Shown here: positions 56,743 to 64,000 of the stretch, in pieces | How the letters are laid out: each line of letters opens with the position of its first letter | Position numbering within the stretch: the stretch's first letter is position 1 | Assembly (NCBI GenBank): GCA_949373145.1 | Contig: CASICI010000008.1 | Coordinates: 63,078-127,077 of the forward strand | Direction: 5' to 3' | DNA length: 64,000 bases | DNA from: an uncultured Phycisphaerales bacterium | GTDB taxonomy: Bacteria > Planctomycetota > Phycisphaerae > Phycisphaerales > SM1A02 | Position numbers and translations under genes: made by a program | Notes under the pieces: generated by a model | Told to the model about the DNA's origin: nothing | Seen by the model: only the letters and a program-made list of their open reading frames with translations | The model's database searches: none

Positions 56743-58833
56743 ATGATCACGATCACCTGCCTCGTCGCGTCCGCCCTCCTTCAGACCACGCCCCCACCCA
56801 CCAGGATGATTCCGGTGGAGGAAGTCATCCACGACACGACGTTCGTGGACGAGTATCGGTGGCTCGAAGCACTTGAATCGGAGTCGGCCGAGGTCGAAGC
56901 CTGGACCACGACTCAGAACGACCACACTCGCGCGGTGCTCGATTCCCTTCCCTGCAGAGCGGAGCTCGAAACCAAGTTCGAGGAACTGATCCTTCAGATC
57001 GGCAGCGTTTCCGCTCCGTCGATGCGGGGAAACCTCTACTTCTATCGACAACGCTCGCCGATGCAGAACCAGCCGGTGCTCATGGTGCGCGAAGGACTCG
57101 ACGGTGAGGCACGAACTCTTCTCGATCCGAACGAACTCGACGCCGATGGTCTGATCTCCCTCGACTGGTACGACCCCAGCCCCGATGGTTCGCTGGTCGC
57201 CTTCGGAATCAGCCGAGCGGGTGATGAAATGCCGGTGCTGCACATCATGCACACCGCGGATGGCATCTGGCTTGCGGACGAGATCGCCGGCAAGGCCAGC
57301 ATTTCAAGCTGGAATCCCGCAGGAGACGCATTCCTCTATTCATGCCTCGCGGACCCCGGCGACGCCTACAGCCGATCCATCAGATGGCACGAAGTCGGTC
57401 GGAACAACCGCCACGACACCGTGCTCTTCGACCAGAAGGAACCTTCGAAGGTCCCCTTCGCATCACTGGACGACAGCGGGCGATGGTTGATGCACGGGGC
57501 GACCGATGGCTGGTCGAAGAACGATCTGTTCGTGGTCGACTTCGATCGCTGGCTCCGGGAAGGCACCATGGAATCCACCCCGATCGCCGTCGGCCTCGAG
57601 GGACGATTCCGTCCGATCGCGGTGATGGGTGACACCATGTGGATGACCACCACCTGGAAGACGTTGAATGGAAGCGTCTGGTCGGTCGATCTCAACGACC
57701 CCGATCAATCACGCTGGACGTCGATCGTTCCCGAGCGCGAAGATGCCGTCCTCAGGGGTGTCTCACACGCCAGAGGCATGCTGGTCGCTCGCTACGTGAA
57801 GGATGCCGTGACCGGATTCGAACGATACGCGATGAACGGTCGCAGCCTCGGAGCGCTTGAAACTCCGGGACTGGGCAGTGCCAGCCTCTCGACTCAGGAC
57901 GACCGGACGGAAGCGTTCATGAGTTATTCCAGCTTCAATGATCCCCGATCGATCTATCGTGTCGATCTGTCGGACGGAACCAGCTCGGTCTGGGATCGCC
58001 CCACGGTCCCCGTGGACACCTCGACCGTCGCGGTCAGCCAGATCTTCACCACTTCGAAGGACGGCACCCGGGTCCCCTACTTCCTGGTCCACCACAAGGA
58101 TGTCACTCCGAACGGTGACAACCCGTGCCTGATCTACGGGTACGGAGGGTTCAACATCACGATGGAGCCTCGCTTCAACGCCTCGCTGTTCCCCTGGCTC
58201 GATGCCGGCGGCGTGTACGTGATGGCGAATCTGCGCGGAGGCGGCGAATACGGAGAGTCATGGCATCGAGACGGCATGCTTGAGAGCAAGCAGAACGTCT
58301 TCGACGACCTGTATTCGATCGCGGAGGATCTCATCGGCAGGAAATGGACCACACCCGAGCGCCTTGCGGTCATGGGCGGATCCAACGGAGGGCTGCTCAC
58401 CGGAGTCGCGGTGACGCAACGTCCGGACCTCTTCGCCTGCGTGGTGTCGAATGTGCCACTGCTGGACATGCTTCGGTATCAGGACTTTCTGATGGCACGC
58501 TTCTGGGTTCCGGAGTACGGCTCCAGCGAGGACGCCGAGCAGTTCGCATGGCTTCGAGAATACTCTCCGTATCACAACATCGAGAAGGGCCGACGCTATC
58601 CGGCGACACTCATCACCGCGGGCGAAAACGACAATCGCGTTCATCCGCTCCATGCACGAAAGATGGCCGCACGAATGCAGCAGCTCGCCGCGAACGATCA
58701 TGAGACCGATCCGATTCTTCTCTGGGTGGACAGAGAAGGTGGACACGGAAGCGGCAAGCCTCTGTCGATGAGGATTCGCGACCGAGTCGACACCTGGGCG
58801 TTCATCATGTCGCAAACGGGACTCTGCCCTTGA
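56743..58833 (+). CDS. prolyl oligopeptidase (S9A)
   Basis: VDEYRWLE at the N-terminus, GGSNGGLL (catalytic Ser), and the D/H region near the C-terminus. Confidence 0.85.
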   Translation: MITITCLVASALLQTTPPPTRMIPVEEVIHDTTFVDEYRWLEALESESAEVEAWTTTQNDHTRAVLDSLPCRAELETKFEELILQIGSVSAPSMRGNLYFYRQRSPMQNQPVLMVREGLDGEARTLLDPNELDADGLISLDWYDPSPDGSLVAFGISRAGDEMPVLHIMHTADGIWLADEIAGKASISSWNPAGDAFLYSCLADPGDAYSRSIRWHEVGRNNRHDTVLFDQKEPSKVPFASLDDSGRWLMHGATDGWSKNDLFVVDFDRWLREGTMESTPIAVGLEGRFRPIAVMGDTMWMTTTWKTLNGSVWSVDLNDPDQSRWTSIVPEREDAVLRGVSHARGMLVARYVKDAVTGFERYAMNGRSLGALETPGLGSASLSTQDDRTEAFMSYSSFNDPRSIYRVDLSDGTSSVWDRPTVPVDTSTVAVSQIFTTSKDGTRVPYFLVHHKDVTPNGDNPCLIYGYGGFNITMEPRFNASLFPWLDAGGVYVMANLRGGGEYGESWHRDGMLESKQNVFDDLYSIAEDLIGRKWTTPERLAVMGGSNGGLLTGVAVTQRPDLFACVVSNVPLLDMLRYQDFLMARFWVPEYGSSEDAEQFAWLREYSPYHNIEKGRRYPATLITAGENDNRVHPLHARKMAARMQQLAANDHETDPILLWVDREGGHGSGKPLSMRIRDRVDTWAFIMSQTGLCP

Positions 58834-59036
58834 GCGACTCAAACAATCGCCTCGGCCGGATCACGGCGTTGATTCTCAGCGCCCTGCTGCTTGTGGGCGC
58901 CGCCCTGTGGATCGGATTCGCGGAGAACAAGTCCTGGGCGATGCTGCTGGCGATGGTGGCATTGATTGTGGCCCGGACGCTCTACGTCGGAACGCCCACC
59001 GGAACGCCTCGAGAGGAACCGGATGACGCCCGCTGA
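58830..59036 (+). CDS. 68-aa two-helix membrane protein, hypothetical
   Basis: A TTG start overlaps the upstream stop by 4 nt. Two hydrophobic helices. ORF evidence only. Confidence 0.35.
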   Translation: MSDSNNRLGRITALILSALLLVGAALWIGFAENKSWAMLLAMVALIVARTLYVGTPTGTPREEPDDAR

Positions 59037-59134
59037 ACCGTGAAACTATCGGGCTTTGGCTCGAAATCACGCGAGTCAGCCCCAGAATCACGACCGTGCT
59101 CAAGACGACTCCCTCATGAGTCGATCCTGATCAC

Positions 59135-60586
59135 ATGAACGAAGACTCAGAAATCAGACGGTTCGACATGATCTGCATCGGAAGCGGCCCCGCGGGCGAG
59201 AACGCCGCGGTGCTTGCCGCCAAACGTGGCTACCGGGTCGCGATCGTGGAAGGCGAAGGTCTTCCGGGTGGCGCGATGGTGAACACCGGAACAGTCGCCT
59301 CGAAGGTCCTGCGCGAGACCGCGATCCTGTGCTCGTCATTCCGCAAGAGACCTGTTCCCGGGATCGATCCTGAAATCGATCGAAGCGTGTCGTTCGATCA
59401 GTTCCTCGCGCGCACCACGCTCGTTCAGATCGAGGAACATGATCGGATCGAGCTTGATCTGGATCGTGCCGGAGTCGAAGTGATTCGTGGCTGGGGGCAT
59501 CTGGACGGTCATGAAAACGTGATCGTCGACACCCCTGATGGTGGACGGCTGAGGCTTCACAGCCCGAGGATCCTGCTTGCAGTGGGCTCTCGACCCAACA
59601 GACCGGACCACCTGGACTTCGATCATCCGGCAATCGTCGATTCGACGGGAATCCTTTCGCTTTCACGCATGCCCGACTCGCTGACCGTCATCGGCGGAGG
59701 TGTGATCGGTTCGGAATACGCCTCGATCTTCGCTCAGATGGGCGTCGACACCACCGTCGTCGAATCCCGCTCCACGCTCATGCGTTTTCTGGATGAGGAC
59801 TGTCGTGACTCGTTGATCGATCAGATGAAGGACGCCGGAGTTCGTTTCCGTTTCTCCGCCGAGACCAGTGAGGTGATCGGCCTTGATGACGGCCGTGCTC
59901 GCATCACCTTCACCGATGGTCAGACCCACGAGAGCGACGTGGTGCTCTGGGCGATGGGACGCAACGGAAACACCAAAGGACTGGGCCTCGAGACCATCGG
60001 ACTGCAGACCGACAAACGAGGCCTGTTGAAAGTGGACCACACCTACAAGACCGAGGTCCCGGGCGTCTGGGCCGCGGGAGACGTGATCGGATTTCCGGCA
60101 TTGGCGTCGACCAGCATGGAACAGTCGCGCCTGGCGGTCGAGAACATGTTCGACGAGATCGCGCAAGGACGGATGGAAGGCCTGCTCCCCATGGGGGTCT
60201 ACACGATTCCCGCGATCGCAGCGGTCGGTGACAACGAGGAGGAACTCACCCGACAGGGGCACGAGCTTCTCACCAGCAGTGCCGACTATCGAAGAAACGC
60301 CAGGGGTCGCATGCTCGGAGATGACCGTGGCAAGCTGAAACTGGTGTTCGACGCTGAAAGTGGCAAGCTGCTTCACACGACGGTGGTCGGTGAGGATGCC
60401 ACCGAGTTGATCCACCTGGGCATGCTCATGATCGCAGAAGGATGGACCGCAACGGACATCGCGGCGGCACCGTTCAACTACCCATCATTGAGCGAGCTCT
60501 ACAAGACCGCGGCCACCGAAGCGGCGGATCGAATGGTCCGAAGAGAGGCACATGCCAGTCACGAGCGTCATGATCGGGCGGCATGA
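59135..60586 (+). CDS. sthA: soluble pyridine nucleotide transhydrogenase-like flavoprotein
   Basis: CIGSGPAGE (FAD), VGSRPNRP, VIGGGVIGSEYAS (NAD), AMGRNGNT, AAGDVIGFPALAS and FNYPSLSELYKTAA parallel E. coli SthA. No redox-active Cys pair. Confidence 0.7.
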   Translation: MNEDSEIRRFDMICIGSGPAGENAAVLAAKRGYRVAIVEGEGLPGGAMVNTGTVASKVLRETAILCSSFRKRPVPGIDPEIDRSVSFDQFLARTTLVQIEEHDRIELDLDRAGVEVIRGWGHLDGHENVIVDTPDGGRLRLHSPRILLAVGSRPNRPDHLDFDHPAIVDSTGILSLSRMPDSLTVIGGGVIGSEYASIFAQMGVDTTVVESRSTLMRFLDEDCRDSLIDQMKDAGVRFRFSAETSEVIGLDDGRARITFTDGQTHESDVVLWAMGRNGNTKGLGLETIGLQTDKRGLLKVDHTYKTEVPGVWAAGDVIGFPALASTSMEQSRLAVENMFDEIAQGRMEGLLPMGVYTIPAIAAVGDNEEELTRQGHELLTSSADYRRNARGRMLGDDRGKLKLVFDAESGKLLHTTVVGEDATELIHLGMLMIAEGWTATDIAAAPFNYPSLSELYKTAATEAADRMVRREAHASHERHDRAA

Positions 60587-60597
60587 GGCGGCTGCGA

Positions 60598-62910
60598 TCA
60601 GCCGTGGACGATTTCGAGTCTCGCGTATTCCAGAATCAGCGTCTTGGTTCCGATTCCATGAAACGCCACCTTGGCTGAGCTGACCGTGCCGCGTGGGGAG
60701 ATCGAACGCACCGTGCCGATTCCGAACTGAGGGTGACGGACCACGGTTCCGGCGGGAAAACGCGCGCCGAGTCCTCTGCCTTCTTCATCATGGGATTCAT
60801 CGATGAATTCGGAATCGTAGACGATCGAAAGTCCCTCATCGAAACCACCCGAGCCATCGAGCCGTTCGAGCGAGACATGTTCTTCCGGAACCTCGCTGAG
60901 AAAACTGCTGGGCACGGTGCGATTGCGCTGCCCTCGCACGGCCCGGCTGGCGGCCATGGTCATGACCAGTCTTCGCTTGGCACGGGTCATGCCGACGAAA
61001 CAGAGTCGGCGCTCCTCCTCGAGCTCCTGCTCCCCTTCCTGAGACCGAGCATGAGGCAACATCCCCTCCTCGAGACCCGCCATCGCGATGAAGTCGTATT
61101 CAAGGCCTTTCGCAGCGTGCAGGGTCATCAGGGTGACGGCGCCCCTTGATTCGTCGATGGCATCCTGATCACTCACCAGGGCGACCGACTCGAGAAACGA
61201 GCGAAGCGCTTCGAGCAGTCCGGCCACGGGCGCGGAGTCGACGATCGGAAGAGTCGATTCGTTCGCATCGGTGGCTTCGGGGGGTGGTCCGTCGAGCTCC
61301 TCGTCGGGCATCTCGAACTCCGCGGCGGCGTTCACAAGCTCGTTGAGGTTGGCGACGCGCTCCTGACCGTCTTCTTCGCCGGTACCGAGATGCATCGCTT
61401 CCAGCCCGCTTTCCGTGATCACCTGCGCGACGAAACCGGCAAGTTGAGCGAGATGACCGTTCTCAAGCTGCGCCTGCCAGCGTGCGACGGTCTGGGTGAA
61501 GATCTCCACGGAACGTCTGGCGCGAGGGCCGATTCCTTCGACCCGGTTCACATCAAGCAGGGCGTCGAAGAGCGAGATGTCCTCGTGCATGGCGTGGCGA
61601 CCGATCGCCTTCAATGTCTTGGCACCGATCTTTCGTGCTGGAACGTTGACGATGCGCGCGAGGGCCACGTCGTCCAATGGATTTGCAAGAGCGCGAAGGT
61701 AGGAGAGTGCATCCTTGATCTCCCGACGGGCGAAGAATGCGGTTCCACGTGCGATGACATACGGAATTCCCGCACTGCGAAGAGAATCCTCGAGCACGCG
61801 GCTGAGGGCGTTCACTCGGTAGAGGATCGCCATCGAGCGATAGTCGATTCCGTCGGTGGATGCGGAACGAATGGCGAGTGCGATCTGCTCGGCTTCATGA
61901 CGTTCGTCCTGGCATCGGATCATTCGAACCTGCTCGCCGTCGCCCAGCTCGGTGTGAAGATCCTTGTGCTTGCGGCGTCGGTTGTTTCGGATGAGTGCGT
62001 CCGCCGCGGCAACGATGTGCCCGGTGGATCTGAAGTTCCGGCCCAGGGAGATGATCTTCGTGCCGGAGTATTTCTCCTCGAATTCAAGGATGTTCGCGAC
62101 ATCGGCACCACGCCAACCGTAGATCGATTGATCGGGATCACCGACCACGAAGAGATTGCCGTGCGCGTTGGCGATGCCATCCGCGATCACGAACTGCGCA
62201 TGATTGGTGTCCTGATATTCATCGATCAGCACGTACTTGAATCTGTTCTGAAGCTCCGAACGAACGGCCTCGTTCGTACGCACGAGCTCCGCGGTCAGCA
62301 GCAGCAGATCATCGAAGTCGACCGCATTGTTGCGTCGGAGGATCTTCGAATAGGACTGGTAGGCACGAGCCACCGCTCGGGTGTAGAAATCACCTGCCTC
62401 CTCTTCGCAGGCGGCCGCCGTCTTGAGATCGTTCTTCGCCTTGCTCACAGCCGAAAGCATCGACGCGGGCGTCCAGTTTCCGGAATCGAGATTCGATGTG
62501 GAAAGGGCCTCTTTCATCGCGGAACGCTGATCGCTGGTGTCGTAGATCGAGAAACCGGAATCCAATCCCACGAGTTGTGCATGGTTGCGCATCTGCCGGG
62601 CACAGAACGCATGAAACGTCGCCACGAACAAGCCTCGACGATTCGTCATCGTCGAGGGAAGCAAGGCATCGATGCGTTCACGCATCTCGCCTGCCGCCTT
62701 GTTTGTGAAGGTGAGCGCGAGAACCTGCCAGGCAGGAATGCCCTGATGGAGGAGCCAGGCGACACGACGGGTGATGACACGGGTCTTGCCACTGCCCGGA
62801 CCCGCAAGGACCAGGGCAGGCCCATCGACGTGCGCGGCTGCTTCGAGCTGAGGTTCGGTCAGGCCATCAAGAAGATGTTCGGGATCGTTGATCATGGAAG
62901 GTGAAAGCAT
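60598..62910 (-). CDS. ATP-dependent DNA helicase, UvrD/PcrA/Rep family
   Basis: AGPGSGKTRV (motif I), VLIDEYQDTN (motif II), LGRNFRS and MTLHAAKGLEYD. Confidence 0.9.
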   Translation of the reverse strand: MLSPSMINDPEHLLDGLTEPQLEAAAHVDGPALVLAGPGSGKTRVITRRVAWLLHQGIPAWQVLALTFTNKAAGEMRERIDALLPSTMTNRRGLFVATFHAFCARQMRNHAQLVGLDSGFSIYDTSDQRSAMKEALSTSNLDSGNWTPASMLSAVSKAKNDLKTAAACEEEAGDFYTRAVARAYQSYSKILRRNNAVDFDDLLLLTAELVRTNEAVRSELQNRFKYVLIDEYQDTNHAQFVIADGIANAHGNLFVVGDPDQSIYGWRGADVANILEFEEKYSGTKIISLGRNFRSTGHIVAAADALIRNNRRRKHKDLHTELGDGEQVRMIRCQDERHEAEQIALAIRSASTDGIDYRSMAILYRVNALSRVLEDSLRSAGIPYVIARGTAFFARREIKDALSYLRALANPLDDVALARIVNVPARKIGAKTLKAIGRHAMHEDISLFDALLDVNRVEGIGPRARRSVEIFTQTVARWQAQLENGHLAQLAGFVAQVITESGLEAMHLGTGEEDGQERVANLNELVNAAAEFEMPDEELDGPPPEATDANESTLPIVDSAPVAGLLEALRSFLESVALVSDQDAIDESRGAVTLMTLHAAKGLEYDFIAMAGLEEGMLPHARSQEGEQELEEERRLCFVGMTRAKRRLVMTMAASRAVRGQRNRTVPSSFLSEVPEEHVSLERLDGSGGFDEGLSIVYDSEFIDESHDEEGRGLGARFPAGTVVRHPQFGIGTVRSISPRGTVSSAKVAFHGIGTKTLILEYARLEIVHG

Positions 62911-63599
62911 ACGGGTTCAGTTTCTCTACAGCGGTCGTAAAGTTGCCCACAGAAGACGCTCGGATTTGCATGACCCGGATGACATTCGGTAAAGTCGGTC
63001 TTTGCAAGGATTTCAAAGTCCTTTCAGCAAAAGCCACCATATTTCGTGTCTGGGCCCATTGCAGACACAAGATATAGAGTTAAAGTGGCCATGTCCTTGA
63101 CTTCAGCATCAATGAATCAAGGACAGATCTGGTGGTTTGTTGTTCGCCCCTGAAATGCGCTGAAGCGTCTTTTCTGGAGCAAAAACCCTCTGAAAATTGT
63201 TGGAGAACGATTTTCTCGGACCCACCAGAGTGAACGTGGAGGTCGAGCGTGAAGCACTCGGCACCCACGGAACGCGGACGGCCACAAAGTGGTGTGTTCC
63301 GCCTGGGGGCGTGCGCGCGACGTGTTTCGATTGGTGGAGATCCCACCGCATGAGACCCCGTCCTCTGATCACGCCCATCAGGCTGAAAGCACCCTTTCAA
63401 ATCCATCCGCGACGCTCTTCGAGTCTCCTTCTTTCGAGGCTCGAAACAAAAAGCTTCGACGCCCAGTGGGCGGTGTGCTGTCAGCCGTCTTGTTCCCAGG
63501 TGCCAGGGAAAGGCCACTCGAACCAACTTCTCAGGAAGTCGAGTGTCCGAAGGCACATGACGAACAAGACATACACAGGTTGTCAGGACCAAACTCTGG

Positions 63600-64000
63600 G
63601 ACTCTGGTGGCCAGAGCTGGATGCTTTGTCCACACCAATCAGGTCGATCACCTCGGCAGGGATGCCGGATGATCGGACGCCCTCTTTCGCAAACTCCGAC
63701 GCGAAAAAGGACCAGAGGTGCATTGCGGGTCAGCGTGTCTGAGCCCACAAGGATGGAATACGGCATGGACATGATTCGCGAGATCAGCACATCGAACACC
63801 CGCCAGGGAATGGGCGATGTCGTTTGCCGCGAAAAAGTCCGTCATACCGTTGCCCGTGATGCGCCGTTTTTTTTCCAGGCCTTGCTTCACACGTCCATGA
63901 ATTTGAAACAAGGCACCAAGAGCTGACGCTCGAAACCAGACCCCGTGGTCACGCCCAGATGGCTCTCCGAGCATGCGTGATTGCACCGACTTAAAAACGT
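63600..64000 (-). pseudogene. possible decayed tyrosine-recombinase (integrase) fragment, truncated by the window edge
   Basis: Minus-strand translation gives HGVWFRASALGAL...RRITGNGMTDFF...VFHPCGLRH, which loosely parallels TGxRxSEL...GKGxKxR...HxLRH. After a frame change it gives FASEFAKEGV...IPAEVIDLIGV in place of FA..L...G....iq.lLGH. The catalytic Tyr region is not recognisable. The surrounding DNA is lower in GC. Confidence 0.3.

Noticed and set aside
53214-56756. Minus-strand ORFs 53214-54368 (384 aa), 54662-55495 (277 aa) and 55797-56756 (319 aa).
   Set aside because: They are antisense to hutI, map and serA respectively. All three plus-strand genes have canonical motifs.
59135-60586. 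Absence of the redox-active Cys pair in the SthA-like flavoprotein, as a possible anomaly.
   Set aside because: Soluble transhydrogenases of the SthA type characteristically lack the CXXXXC disulfide of lipoamide dehydrogenases, so this is expected for the family.
61390-62904. 504-aa plus-strand ORF.
   Set aside because: It is antisense to the UvrD/PcrA helicase, whose motifs I, II and VI read on the minus strand.
62911-64000. Possible structured RNA gene (RNase P RNA, tmRNA or group II intron) in the ORF-poor tail.
   Set aside because: I looked for hallmark strings (the RNase P GGAAAGTCCGGGC and ACAGAACCCGGCTTA boxes, and the tmRNA 5' GGGG and 3' TCCACCA ends with a T-arm) and found none. 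This is a by-eye search, so a covariance-model scan would be needed to be sure.

Overview
GC-rich bacterial chromosomal window. Protein families suggest a PVC-superphylum or Planctomycetota-like organism, but that is inference only. Layout: (1) 1-4.4 kb, minus-strand S10 ribosomal-protein operon (rpsJ-rplC-rplD-rplW-rplB-rpsS-rplV-rpsC, the last cut by the window edge). (2) 4.8-8.4 kb, plus-strand genes whose coding signal hops between frames: a family-2 glycosyltransferase with two +1 shifts and two unknown genes. (3) 8.4-21.1 kb, one very large minus-strand locus. A 3527-aa ORF carries a signal anchor, a DUF1111-type di-haem (2x CXXCH) domain, an EF-hand/dockerin-like pair, a P-domain-like module and about 84 tandem 33-aa Cys/Asp thrombospondin-type-3-like repeats. 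It is followed by a 703-aa ORF with 5 more repeats, a C-type lectin fold, a parallel beta-helix and a dockerin-like tail. The repeat array runs straight across the ORF boundary, which is broken only by two 1-nt insertions, so this is probably one gene of about 4229 aa. (4) 21.6-62.9 kb, mostly housekeeping genes: lysS operon, PPi-type phosphofructokinase, an LPS-core/plsY/purB cluster, a 59-aa Hc1-type histone-like gene missed by the ORF track, fabZ-like, manA, an isolated frameshifted atpD, a C25 and HEXXH protease pair, iscSUA, panC, ispB, hutI, map, serA, prolyl oligopeptidase, sthA-like and uvrD/pcrA. (5) 62.9-64 kb, a lower-GC tail with a possible decayed integrase. I recognised no rRNA, tRNA, CRISPR array or intact mobile element. 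The main point of interest is the giant repeat protein and its architecture. Secondary points are a consistent pattern of +1 single-base frame breaks (including essential atpD, so sequence error must be excluded first), two genes whose conserved N-termini lie upstream of any canonical start codon (ATC candidates), and an IscU with a (Asp-His)n tail encoded by a hexanucleotide microsatellite. All family calls come from motif recognition by eye. No searches were run.
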